Virus record (IMG/VR): IMGVR_UViG_3300006046_000016
Coordinates: 1 to 30,033 of that record
DNA: 30,033 nt
Reading direction: 5' to 3' (one strand)
Origin: a virus
Taxonomy: Duplodnaviria; Caudoviricetes
The translations under genes and the position numbers were made by a program. This document shows positions 1 through 9,037 of this stretch, piece after piece. Under the pieces are notes generated by a model. It ran no database searches, had not been told where the DNA came from, and worked only from the letters and a program-made list of their open reading frames with translations. Every line of letters begins with the position of its first letter. The first letter of the stretch is position 1.

Positions 1-415
1 TTATTTCGGCCAAAGAAACTTCATTTCTCAAAATTCCAAGTTCTATATTTAAAACCCGTCCAACTTCATCAATGAATTCGGCATTTTCATCTATTACAAT
101 TCCATATCCTATTTTCAATGCTTCAATGAATTGCTGGCGCATTTCTTTGGTTGTTTTGTTATAGAAATAAAAGGCCAGACTTTGTTTTAAAATCTCGATT
201 TTATATTCATTCACAACAAGTACGTTCTGAAGCCTTAGATATTCTTTTGCTTCCTGATTATCTGATTTGATGAAATAATCATCATAAATGCTTAGAAAAA
301 CACTGTCCAAATTCTTTTCTTTAGGCTTTGGACGCAATTTCTGATAATCTTTATCCTTAAGTATTTCAAAGAAAACTTTGGCTGGGCAATTATCAATATG
401 ATCGTATAATGGCAT
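1..415 (-). CDS. Partial tail-region protein (possible tail assembly chaperone), runs off the left edge
   Basis: ATG at 415 opens an uninterrupted frame MPLYDHIDNCPAKVFFEILKDKDYQKL...EVSLAEI to position 1. It is missing from the ORF track and lies downstream of the major tail gene. Confidence 0.6.
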   Translation of the reverse strand, partial: MPLYDHIDNCPAKVFFEILKDKDYQKLRPKPKEKNLDSVFLSIYDDYFIKSDNQEAKEYLRLQNVLVVNEYKIEILKQSLAFYFYNKTTKEMRQQFIEALKIGYGIVIDENAEFIDEVGRVLNIELGILRNEVSLAEI

Positions 416-432
416 AATAATATGGTTTTAAT

Positions 433-460
433 AAAAAAAGCCACTTTTTACAGTGGCTTT
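433..460 (-). terminator. Intrinsic terminator after the tail genes
   Basis: Minus strand AAAGCCACT-gtaaaa-AGTGGCTTT continuing into a T-run. Confidence 0.75.
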
Positions 461-518
461 CTCATTCTAAAAAACAAAAAAATATGGTGGAAGATAACAT
501 ACACAATATACGTTTTTT

Positions 519-764
519 TTAATTCCCAAACTTTTTCTTTTTGATATTTGTCATTTTAAAATCCGAATCCGGCTTTTTTGAATCTCCACATCCGCAACCA
601 CATTTTCCATCGATAGACTTAGGAGGATTATTTATCCATTGCATAATCTGATTCATATCCTGCATATTTGTATTTTTCAAAATCCAATCGATTTTGAATT
701 CATCGCTCTGTTTACAGAATTCCACAGAATCTTCTTTGCTCAATATCTTATTAAATATCTGCAT
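519..764 (-). CDS. Small phage protein after the major tail gene (CGCGC motif, basic C-terminus)
   Basis: 81-aa ORF in operon, 11 nt downstream of the tail gene. Confidence 0.6.
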   Translation of the reverse strand: MQIFNKILSKEDSVEFCKQSDEFKIDWILKNTNMQDMNQIMQWINNPPKSIDGKCGCGCGDSKKPDSDFKMTNIKKKKFGN

Positions 765-775
765 GATTTATTATT

Positions 776-1708
776 TTAAGCAATCGGCACAATTGTAGGA
801 GACTGTCCTTTGTAAAATTTCGTTCCAATAATTGCCACATTTGTAGAGGTTACTGAATCATACAGTGTGACAACGAAATTATCTGTAGTGGTAAATGTCG
901 CCGTTGGAGAAAATGAATATTCTTTGGTAATAGTATCATAAGTAAATGACAGAGCTGTAATAGGATCGATAATTCCATCTTTATAGCTTTGGATATTGCT
1001 CTGAGCTATTCCCAGTAATTGTGTGGATTTATTCATATCGAATACAGCCTTGAAATATACTTTTGCATCCGTAACATTGGCACGCCCGACAATTGAAATA
1101 TCAGTTATTGGAGAAAGATCGAAATTCGCATTGAAACCTAATACTGAAGAATCTAAAAGTGCCACATCGCGATTGAATTGCACTTCATTGGTTAATTGTA
1201 TATGAACTTGCACGAATGAATTCACGGATCCGTCCGTAAACATATAAGTGCCATTATTCAGCATTCCAAGATCAAAACCGGTAAAATTGGTTCCATTGCT
1301 CGCCCCTGCTATCGCGCCTGTTGAGAATACAAGTAACACATCGAATGCTTGGAAGGAATTGTAAGTATATAATGCGCTGGCCCATTTCCAGCCTCCTTTG
1401 ACAAATTTAAACATATATTCAGGAAGCCCATTTCGAACGACAGTCTTAATTCCTCCGGGATATTCCTCTATAGTAGCTTCAGGGGTTTGATTTGCGGCCT
1501 CTACAGCTTGCAATACCGGAACAAAATTACCTAACTGGATTTGATTATTGACATAATCCAAATCAAATGCGTCGGTGACTAAATCTAAACTCCAACTCTT
1601 AGGAACAATGATAAATCCAGTTAATCTGCCTTCTTGTATGATACAATCTGAAAGGCCTAAATTTTTTCTTGAAACAAGGCAGTCTTTTTGATTTATTAAT
1701 ATTGCCAT
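776..1708 (-). CDS. Major tail (tube) protein
   Basis: 310 aa, beta-rich with a Thr-rich Ig-like C-terminus; canonical position after the head-tail genes. Confidence 0.65.
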   Translation of the reverse strand: MAILINQKDCLVSRKNLGLSDCIIQEGRLTGFIIVPKSWSLDLVTDAFDLDYVNNQIQLGNFVPVLQAVEAANQTPEATIEEYPGGIKTVVRNGLPEYMFKFVKGGWKWASALYTYNSFQAFDVLLVFSTGAIAGASNGTNFTGFDLGMLNNGTYMFTDGSVNSFVQVHIQLTNEVQFNRDVALLDSSVLGFNANFDLSPITDISIVGRANVTDAKVYFKAVFDMNKSTQLLGIAQSNIQSYKDGIIDPITALSFTYDTITKEYSFSPTATFTTTDNFVVTLYDSVTSTNVAIIGTKFYKGQSPTIVPIA

Positions 1709-1720
1709 GACCTTAAATTT

Positions 1721-2284
1721 TTATGTTAAACAATTAATGTTAGTTTTTGTAAATCTTCCTTGAAATTCTATTTTTCGCGCGTCAACTATATCAATAGTGA
1801 TACTTTTTGCGCCTTTTGCAGTTGTTTTAGTAAAATCACTATCATCGAAATCCAGTCCGTAATTAGGTATATCTAAGGTAGTGAAAATACTTTCGTAATC
1901 TTTGAATGCCAATGATATAACTGGATTTGACTCCAAAAGTTTATATATTTTATCGGTAAGAGGATCGATTATATTAGAATAATTGATAAGTGATCTAGTG
2001 TTATTGTAATAAGATGCGTTTGTCGAAGTGAATAGATACAGGCAATAAGTGCTTTTAATAGTATCTATCGCGCTATTATTTCTCGGTTCGATGACGCACC
2101 AAATAAGCGGATATTTCTGCTTTCCGCTACGTCCTCTAATCCATTTTGCAAGCTCTTTAGAATCGCCAAAATGATATTGTACAGGTTTGGTAATAGGTGT
2201 TTTGTCTACAAAATTCGGCTTATATTCATCATAAGTCAAAGTCATATCTTTGAATAGTTTGGCTAAAAAACCCGCGACTATCAT
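1721..2284 (-). CDS. Putative tail terminator / head-tail joining protein
   Basis: 187 aa with a YPLIW motif; lies between connector and tail tube; ATGA overlap with upstream gene. Confidence 0.5.
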   Translation of the reverse strand: MIVAGFLAKLFKDMTLTYDEYKPNFVDKTPITKPVQYHFGDSKELAKWIRGRSGKQKYPLIWCVIEPRNNSAIDTIKSTYCLYLFTSTNASYYNNTRSLINYSNIIDPLTDKIYKLLESNPVISLAFKDYESIFTTLDIPNYGLDFDDSDFTKTTAKGAKSITIDIVDARKIEFQGRFTKTNINCLT

Positions 2285-2892
2285 AAAAATCTGTTTTGAA
2301 AATCAACATGAATAAAATTCGTAGTCGGATAATCTGTTGGATTATCGAATAAAAATTGATTCAGGCTCACAAATTCTGTGTCTCTCCAAGAAGTTGTCAT
2401 CAAAACGAATTCATTCCAAATCATAAAATATTGATTGGCTGCATTGCCTAAAAGAGCATTTTTACTACTAATTACATTCGCATTTCCATTACCATCAATT
2501 CTATTTTTCTGCATAAAATAAGCGCACCAAATATAATTTGTAAGTAAAGATTTTGGATAATTACCTATTTTATAGACAAGACCGTTCCATTTCTTCGGAT
2601 TTCCATTTGCATCTTTATACTCTTTTCCGTTTATCAAATCTGACCATTTTTGATTTGGATCAGGTAAAATAGCCGGATGTTCAGGACGAGGCAAAACAAT
2701 AGGCAATGATATATATGGCTTAATATAATTGTCAAATTCTTTAAACAATTCTATTCCCAATAAATCCTGCATAAACAATCTCACTTCAATATCAATGAAT
2801 TGATTAAGAACATCTGAAACTCCTGACTGACTTTCATCAATATCAGGAATTTCATATTTTCCGATGAAATAAGAATTATCTATTAAATACAT
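2281..2892 (-). CDS. Putative head-tail connector (adaptor)
   Basis: 203 aa; position downstream of the capsid gene. Confidence 0.5.
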   Translation of the reverse strand: MYLIDNSYFIGKYEIPDIDESQSGVSDVLNQFIDIEVRLFMQDLLGIELFKEFDNYIKPYISLPIVLPRPEHPAILPDPNQKWSDLINGKEYKDANGNPKKWNGLVYKIGNYPKSLLTNYIWCAYFMQKNRIDGNGNANVISSKNALLGNAANQYFMIWNEFVLMTTSWRDTEFVSLNQFLFDNPTDYPTTNFIHVDFQNRFL

Positions 2893-2894
2893 AA

Positions 2895-3107
2895 TTATGA
2901 TTCAGGATTTTCATTATCTAATTTTGTTTGTTTTAATCGTTTCGATTGCGGTGTTATTATTGGATCAGAATATTCTGCAATTCCTTGTTTTACAACCATT
3001 AAATAAGCATTATCAACACTAAATTCTCCTATATCACCAGCTTTTCTATTACTATAATCTACTAAAAAACGAACTTTTATTAAATCTATTTTTTCATCTT
3101 CATCCAT
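2895..3107 (-). CDS. Small head-associated hypothetical protein
   Basis: 70 aa directly after the capsid gene; KVRFL..Y...KAGD motif typical of post-capsid small genes. Confidence 0.55.
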   Translation of the reverse strand: MDEDEKIDLIKVRFLVDYSNRKAGDIGEFSVDNAYLMVVKQGIAEYSDPIITPQSKRLKQTKLDNENPES

Positions 3108-3118
3108 GATAAAATATA

Positions 3119-4306
3119 TTAAGTTGCTAATGTTGTTAATGCAGCAGTTATATCAGTTACTTTCATAAATCCTGTTTTATCAACATTTCTGATTAAAAAC
3201 AACATACGTTTTCTTCCTTTAATAGTAACTATATCTTCAATTGCTTGAGTTCCAACATATACTCTTGAAATAGCGACACCTCCTTTTTCATAGATACGCG
3301 CAAAACGACTGTCTCCTACCGCTAATTGATTATCAAGAATATTATTGTCTTCAATTATTTCTAACGGACCAATATTTTCTATATCTGGAAAAATATAATT
3401 TTTATTTCCGTCTTTTTTCATTTTCAATCTATCAATAGTATTAGCGTTCATTGCAACAATATCCGGTTGATATTTAGAACCTCTGTTAAAAACAATCGCT
3501 GTCCTTACTTTACCAACCAAATCTTTAATATTTGCATCGACAATTCCAGAAGCAATTGGTACATATACAGGAATCGAATTCATGAGCCCTGTCAAATTTA
3601 AACCTACACCATCCCCATTGACTAATTGATTATCAATTACAGAATTTATATTGACATCAATAAACATTTCCAATTCAGCTGCTGCACTCGCTTCATCTTC
3701 TCCAAATTCTTCAGAAACGGGTAATGTATCTCCTATTTTCTTTAAATCGATAGAATATTTTGCAAACTTTGCAGTTGATTCAGGAAATTGAGTACCTTCT
3801 GCAACCATTGCGGCTGCTCTTACAGTTGTAGCTTCATCCCAGTCATGATATACAACTTTACCTCCATCATTTCCAATATTCATATTTACTTTACCGAAAA
3901 TATCATATAAGGATCTCCGTTTTACCCCTAATTGTCCAATAGTAGTCAATAAATCTTGAGATGCTGAATTGAGTATAGATGCTCGTGTTGTATTTGCTTT
4001 TATTTCTATTTCCTTATACGAAGTTCCTTTAATCATTTTTATGATTTCGGCTTTCTTTTCGATCACCTCATCAAGAATAGTCCTACGAATGTCTTTATTA
4101 GTTTTAATTTCAGCAATTTGATTTGCTATTTCTTCTCCAAGAAATTTCTCTAAATCTGCTTTTCCTGTTTTCATTTGAGTTTCGACCTCTGTTGTAATAG
4201 CGGTTTTTTGCAGTTCAGCTTCATATGCTTTCAAATCTGCTTTATATTGATCCAGCTCTTCAGTTGTAAGAGCTTCGAGTTCTTTTGATGTTTTATAAAT
4301 GAACAT
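3119..4306 (-). CDS. Major capsid protein, HK97 fold
   Basis: 395 aa; N-terminal coiled-coil delta domain; AAMVAEGTQFPES, LKKIG...VSEE and NGDG..NLTGL motifs. Confidence 0.9.
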   Translation of the reverse strand: MFIYKTSKELEALTTEELDQYKADLKAYEAELQKTAITTEVETQMKTGKADLEKFLGEEIANQIAEIKTNKDIRRTILDEVIEKKAEIIKMIKGTSYKEIEIKANTTRASILNSASQDLLTTIGQLGVKRRSLYDIFGKVNMNIGNDGGKVVYHDWDEATTVRAAAMVAEGTQFPESTAKFAKYSIDLKKIGDTLPVSEEFGEDEASAAAELEMFIDVNINSVIDNQLVNGDGVGLNLTGLMNSIPVYVPIASGIVDANIKDLVGKVRTAIVFNRGSKYQPDIVAMNANTIDRLKMKKDGNKNYIFPDIENIGPLEIIEDNNILDNQLAVGDSRFARIYEKGGVAISRVYVGTQAIEDIVTIKGRKRMLFLIRNVDKTGFMKVTDITAALTTLAT

Positions 4307-4318
4307 AATTTCAAATTA

Positions 4319-5173
4319 TTAGATTATACTTTTCTTGCGCTTTTGAACGGCTTGTATAGTCGTTTCTTCGGGGTTTGAAGTGTCATTTGACGGCTCGTTA
4401 TTTTTTGGAGTGTTGGATAACGGCTCCTCTTTATTGTTGGATATGGGGCCTGTGGAACTATTGCTTCCGAATAACACAAGACTGCTTTCTTTGACGTTTT
4501 CCGCTTCTGAGACCACCCAAAAATATAGAATAGACTCAAAATCATCTTTATTAGCAATTTGTTCCACATACTCATTATATGTTTTAAATTCTTCTATATC
4601 TTCTGGTCTTGTGCTGTTAAAAGCTACTTTAATATGGATATATCGCATCCTAACGCTCGCTTGTAAATCATCTCCTGATTCGAGCCAATTCTTTGCAACA
4701 GGATGGATTATTTTATCTTTTGCGATTTTATAAATCAAAGCTTCGGTATTGCCTTCGTAAGATTTCCCAATTAAATTAAAAGGAATTTCTGCCGTCATCA
4801 TCTCTACATCATTTTTTTTAGCAACAACCGAAGCCATTTCCATTTTATGATCGGTTAAAAGATAATTTTTACCTTGCTGATCTTTTATTGTTTTTTTCCA
4901 AATACCATCAACATGTAAATCACCATGAGAATCTAATATTTTTGTAGCGTTAACGGCGATATAATGATAATTGTCATCAATAGGAAAATTCTTTATTTCT
5001 TCACCTAATTTTGATAATCCAAGTGATTTTGAAACAATTGCAGTGCCTTTTTCGCAAGATTTCTGTATTTGTGCTTTTTTTAAAGATAGAATATCTTCTT
5101 TATTCGCTTTTAATTCAGCAAATAGAGAAGTTTCATCATCAAAATTCTTATTAAGTTCCCTGCAAAATATCAT
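4319..5173 (-). CDS. Prohead maturation protease
   Basis: 284 aa between portal and capsid; DSHGD, LLTDH and ESSLVLFGSN motifs of HK97-type proteases. Confidence 0.7.
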   Translation of the reverse strand: MIFCRELNKNFDDETSLFAELKANKEDILSLKKAQIQKSCEKGTAIVSKSLGLSKLGEEIKNFPIDDNYHYIAVNATKILDSHGDLHVDGIWKKTIKDQQGKNYLLTDHKMEMASVVAKKNDVEMMTAEIPFNLIGKSYEGNTEALIYKIAKDKIIHPVAKNWLESGDDLQASVRMRYIHIKVAFNSTRPEDIEEFKTYNEYVEQIANKDDFESILYFWVVSEAENVKESSLVLFGSNSSTGPISNNKEEPLSNTPKNNEPSNDTSNPEETTIQAVQKRKKSII

Positions 5174-5286
5174 TTCTCAATTTCTTTATCATTCAACAGA
5201 ATATGCTTTTTTATAATTAAAGCTTTTCGAAATTCCGGCATCAAATCTTTTCGCTCTAATTTCTTATTAATTTCTTCGAGTGTCAT
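5170..5286 (-). CDS. 38-aa hypothetical protein between portal and protease
   Basis: MTLEEINKKLERKDLMPEFRKALIIKKHILLNDKEIEK; ATGA overlaps with both neighbours. Confidence 0.55.
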   Translation of the reverse strand: MTLEEINKKLERKDLMPEFRKALIIKKHILLNDKEIEK

Positions 5287-6476
5287 TCTACATTCCATAT
5301 CTCATCAAGTTTTTGCTTTATCATTGCCTGATTCATTCCTAACGCAACCGATGCAGTAAGATTGGTTAGTTGTGATGTTCTCAAATCTTCCCTTTCCTGC
5401 TCAAATATCTTATTGAAAGAAAGATGAGAGAATTCTTTTCGCAAATCTTCCAAATCAAATATGTTTTCAAGTATATCAGTAAGTTTCTGTCCTAATGGCT
5501 TAAGACAGTAATCAGTCATACGCCCGATTGCTTTTTCCTGATTTTCAAATGTTGCACCTCCAGATAGTGACATTTCAACCACATCTTTCGGAACGCCGTA
5601 CATTTTGGCTATCATATAAACTTTTGACAGAAATGTATCATCTAATTTAAGTTTTGATAGATCTCCTACAAAATGATGAATATCTACTTTCGAGCCTGTG
5701 GCGAACATATTTTTCCCGCTTCTGGCATTTCTGTCAAGAGAATCTTTTTCGTCACTTCCCATCATCTGCGAAGTGACATCATTGCTGTCATATTGCCCTG
5801 ATACTAAGAATTTTTGTGAGAATTCCAGATTAACATTTTCAGAACTAACTGCCAAATTTGAATTTACTACTATTCCGTATAATGCATCAAGTCTACTTAC
5901 TCCGGCAAACCAATCTCCATTTACTCCACTCGTATCTTGAATTATATATAGATTTGATAAATCGAGCGTTATTTGTGTATTTCCAGTCCGATATTTGAAA
6001 GAACCTTTTTGTATATTTTTTTTAGTTTGCGTTCCGTATTTGGAAAAACTAAGTGTCTTAAATGAATTTCTTTGGTTTTGCGTCAATTGTATGTCTCGTT
6101 CTTGAAGAAAATACATTACATCATTTTGTTCGTACAGATAGGCGTTTCCGAGTAAAATTCCGAAAATGTAATTCTGATCAAAATCTGTCCAAGTCTGCCA
6201 TTGATTTGGATTGCCTAGTATTTCATACAAATAATCTTCTTGATCTAATTTGCCATTTTTATAGGAATTATATTTTCCCATGGCATAATATTCTGAAATT
6301 AATTTAAAAACAAACATAGCAGCAGGACTATCGAGAACCGTTTGAAGCTTGTCGTAGTCTTTATGCTTCTTTCCTTTAAATGCGTTTATTATCTGATAAA
6401 AATAATTTTCTTTTATATTATCAAATGTAATAGGATTTTTGCCAAATGAAATGTTAAAATTAAAAGACATATTCAT
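5283..6476 (-). CDS. Portal protein (HK97 family)
   Basis: 397 aa; NPN.WQTW.DF, LLGNAY, IAKMYGVP and ATFENQEKA motifs. Confidence 0.85.
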   Translation of the reverse strand: MNMSFNFNISFGKNPITFDNIKENYFYQIINAFKGKKHKDYDKLQTVLDSPAAMFVFKLISEYYAMGKYNSYKNGKLDQEDYLYEILGNPNQWQTWTDFDQNYIFGILLGNAYLYEQNDVMYFLQERDIQLTQNQRNSFKTLSFSKYGTQTKKNIQKGSFKYRTGNTQITLDLSNLYIIQDTSGVNGDWFAGVSRLDALYGIVVNSNLAVSSENVNLEFSQKFLVSGQYDSNDVTSQMMGSDEKDSLDRNARSGKNMFATGSKVDIHHFVGDLSKLKLDDTFLSKVYMIAKMYGVPKDVVEMSLSGGATFENQEKAIGRMTDYCLKPLGQKLTDILENIFDLEDLRKEFSHLSFNKIFEQEREDLRTSQLTNLTASVALGMNQAMIKQKLDEIWNVE

Positions 6477-6486
6477 TAGTTTGATA

Positions 6487-6494
6487 CAAATATA
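6487..6494 (-). promoter_or_regulatory. Bacteroidota -7 promoter element for the portal/head operon
   Basis: TATATTTG on the minus strand about 10 nt upstream of the portal start; matches TAnnTTTG. Confidence 0.6.
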
Positions 6495-6606
6495 ATCAAT
6501 TTAATAATTAGATATTTGAATTAAACATCAAAGCATTTCACTATATTTCATTATAAGTTGGATAATATAAAAAATATAATATTATTAAATAATATGGAAA
6601 ATATTG

Positions 6607-6614
6607 TATTTTTG
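6607..6614 (+). promoter_or_regulatory. -7 promoter element for the MTase cassette
   Basis: TATTTTTG(C) 20 nt upstream of ATG 6635; divergent from the portal promoter. Confidence 0.5.
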
Positions 6615-6634
6615 CGACAAATAATTAATATCTT

Positions 6635-7309
6635 ATGACTATAACAAATGAATGCAATATGGAACTCATGAAACGCTATTCTAACAATTACTTTGATTTA
6701 GCTATTGTGGATCCGCCTTATTTTTCAGGACCTGAAAAAAGAAAATATTATGGGAATTCGATCAATAAACTAAATATAAAACGAACAGATTACAATCCAT
6801 TAAATGATTCATGGAAATTACCTACGGAAGAATATTTTAATGAATTATTCAGAGTTTCCAAAAACCAAATAATTTGGGGTTGCAATTATTATGCAAAATA
6901 CATTCCATCAGTAGGCAGGATTGTTTGGAATAAAGTAAACGGCGAAAGTAGTTTTTCTGATGCGGAAATAGCTTCCTGTAGTTTTCATGATTCAGTAAGG
7001 CTTTTTTCTTTTATGTGGAACGGAATGATGCAAGGAAGTGGCTTTGATGGAAAAGTAAACGGGAATAAAAAATTAAATGAAAAAAGAATACATCCGACTC
7101 AAAAACCTGTAGCATTATATAAATGGATTTTAGATAAATATGCTAAACAAGATGATAAAATATTGGATACTCATTTAGGGTCAGGTAGTATCGCCATAGC
7201 TTGTTACGATTATGGATTTGAACTTACAGCATGTGAGATTAATAAAGATTATTTTGATAAATCAATTGAGCGAATAAATAATCATATCAGTCAACAGAAA
7301 TTGTTTTAA
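6635..7309 (+). CDS. Orphan DNA N6-adenine/N4-cytosine methyltransferase (beta class)
   Basis: DLAIVDPPY catalytic motif, HPTQKP, and ILDTHLGSGS SAM-binding motif. Confidence 0.92.
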   Translation: MTITNECNMELMKRYSNNYFDLAIVDPPYFSGPEKRKYYGNSINKLNIKRTDYNPLNDSWKLPTEEYFNELFRVSKNQIIWGCNYYAKYIPSVGRIVWNKVNGESSFSDAEIASCSFHDSVRLFSFMWNGMMQGSGFDGKVNGNKKLNEKRIHPTQKPVALYKWILDKYAKQDDKILDTHLGSGSIAIACYDYGFELTACEINKDYFDKSIERINNHISQQKLF

Positions 7310-7436
7310 TTATTAAAAAAAATATTGAAAACATCATATTTTTTATATTATTTAAAAATTTAAACTTCTATATATTTTTAATAAACACAAAAAATATTTA
7401 CTTTAGCAGAAATTAATTTAAATAATCAGCATAACT

Positions 7437-7877
7437 ATGACAAAACAAGAAATAATACAGGAAGCATACGGAGAGCACTGGGAAAGTTTAAAAGATTACA
7501 TTGATGAAAATGGCTGGATACCATTTACCATTCTATGCAAAAGAAATATAAATATCACAACCATACGCGAACAACGATTTCATATCATAGATATTAGTAA
7601 TTCAAAAATAATTTGTGCAAAACCAGCAATAATTCAAAATATAGAAAGTAACTATGGTTGGATCAAAATTGAAAGCGAAGCTGATTTACCTAAATGGCAT
7701 AATGAATTTTACTGGACTATTGATGAATTTCACCAAATAGGTATAAGGGTATTCGACCAAGAAGAAGGAACATTTTTTATTGAAGGGGAATGCGGTTGTT
7801 GCGATAATGGATGTAATGGGGAAAATATAATAACTCATTATAAAATAATTCAAACACCAAGCCCTCCAATTTATTAA
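7437..7877 (+). CDS. Hypothetical protein with DUF551-like C-terminal half
   Basis: WIKIESEADLP...ITHYKIIQTPSPP pattern. Confidence 0.6.
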   Translation: MTKQEIIQEAYGEHWESLKDYIDENGWIPFTILCKRNINITTIREQRFHIIDISNSKIICAKPAIIQNIESNYGWIKIESEADLPKWHNEFYWTIDEFHQIGIRVFDQEEGTFFIEGECGCCDNGCNGENIITHYKIIQTPSPPIY

Positions 7878-7920
7878 TCAAAAAAAAATAGAAATCAATT
7901 ATAACTTAATCAAACAATAA

Positions 7921-8685
7921 ATGGGAAAAACAATTTCAATAAGCAATCATAAAGGTGGGGTAGGAAAAACCACAAGTACAATCAACATCGGAGCGGCTCT
8001 TCATCAGCTCGGAAAAAAAGTATTGCTCGTGGATCTCGACCCTCAGGCCAATTTATCGCAGAGTTTAGGTATCATCGATGTAGAACATGATATTTATGAA
8101 TCTTTGAGTAAGAAATCAAAACTTAAACCGTATTCGTATAAAGAAGGCTTTGATTTGATTCCATCGTGCCTGAATCTTTCCGGAGCAGAAATAGAATTAA
8201 GTTCGTCAATAGGCAGGGAATACATCTTAAAAAAGCTTATAGACGAAATCAAAGACAATTACGATTACATTCTAATTGATTGCCCTCCATCTTTAGGCTT
8301 ATTAGCTATTAATGCGTTTGCTGCCGCAGATGAAATCCTTATTCCGGCGCAAGCTGAATTTTTATCTACTCAGGGGCTTACTAAGCTAATAGAAGTGATC
8401 GGGGAAATAAGATGCGATCTGAATAAGAACCTAAAAGTAGCAGGTATTATTATAACTCAATATGACAGCCGAAAAAACTTAAACAAAGAAGTAGTTGACT
8501 TTATAGATTCTGAATTCAAGAATGAAGTTTTCAATACCAAGATCAGAAACAATATAGCACTTGCTGAAGCTCCGGCTATGTCAATGGATATATTCAGTTA
8601 TAATCCAAAATCTAACGGGACAAGCGATTACATGGAGTTGACTAAAGAAATATTAAAAAGAGAAGAAACATCAAAAATATTGTAA
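7921..8685 (+). CDS. parA: ParA/Soj-family partition ATPase (type Ib, no N-terminal HTH)
   Basis: Deviant Walker A NHKGGVGKTT, DLDPQANLS, YDYILIDCPPSLG, IRNNIALAEAP. Confidence 0.95.
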   Translation: MGKTISISNHKGGVGKTTSTINIGAALHQLGKKVLLVDLDPQANLSQSLGIIDVEHDIYESLSKKSKLKPYSYKEGFDLIPSCLNLSGAEIELSSSIGREYILKKLIDEIKDNYDYILIDCPPSLGLLAINAFAAADEILIPAQAEFLSTQGLTKLIEVIGEIRCDLNKNLKVAGIIITQYDSRKNLNKEVVDFIDSEFKNEVFNTKIRNNIALAEAPAMSMDIFSYNPKSNGTSDYMELTKEILKREETSKIL

Positions 8686-8745
8686 ATATTAAAATTGTTA
8701 TATTTTTAATATTATTTAAAAATATCCACAATTTAAAAAACATCA
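8646..8745 (+). repeat. Degenerate 9-bp tandem repeats (consensus about AAAAATATT); candidate parS/operator
   Basis: agaaatatt aaaaagaga agaaacatc aaaaatatt gtaaatatt aaaattgtt (8646-8699), then aaaaatatc cacaattta aaaaacatc. Confidence 0.4.
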
Positions 8746-8752
8746 TATTGTT

Positions 8753-9025
8753 ATGGCTGTAAAAAAATTCAACGGGGGGTTTCAATCCCTCTCAAAAAGA
8801 ACAGAATCCGAAAAAGAAATCTCAGAAACCGAACCGGCTACATCTAGGGCAACCTTCGAAATAAATACTGATATTTTAGAAAAAATGAGAGCTATTGCTT
8901 ATCATGAAAAGATTTTGCAAAGAGATATAATAAATGAAGCGATGCAGAGATTCATTGAGGAATACGAAAACAAATACGGAAAAATCAAACCTATTCCAGG
9001 AATAAAAAAAGAGCGACTGTTGTAG
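8753..9025 (+). CDS. Ribbon-helix-helix centromere-binding partner of ParA (ParG/CopG-like)
   Basis: 90 aa directly after parA; flexible N-terminus, then RATFEIN (strand) TDILEKMRAIAY (helix) QRDIINEAMQRFI (helix). Confidence 0.7.
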   Translation: MAVKKFNGGFQSLSKRTESEKEISETEPATSRATFEINTDILEKMRAIAYHEKILQRDIINEAMQRFIEEYENKYGKIKPIPGIKKERLL

Positions 9026-9036
9026 TCGCTTTTTTT
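9004..9036. terminator. Bidirectional intrinsic terminator between convergent genes
   Basis: A-run, AGCGACT-gttgt-AGTCGCT, T-run. Confidence 0.8.
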
Positions 9037-9037
9037 A

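Noticed and set aside
416-764. Programmed frameshift fusing the 81-aa ORF to the ORF starting at 415 (tail chaperone G/GT style)
   Set aside because: No clean X XXY YYZ slippery site; a terminator and an in-frame TAA (428-430) lie between the ORFs.
1023-6307. Short ORFs overlapping structural genes (1023, 4324, 4380, 4971, 5698, 6062)
   Set aside because: Antisense or alternate-frame shadows of well-supported genes, with no motifs.
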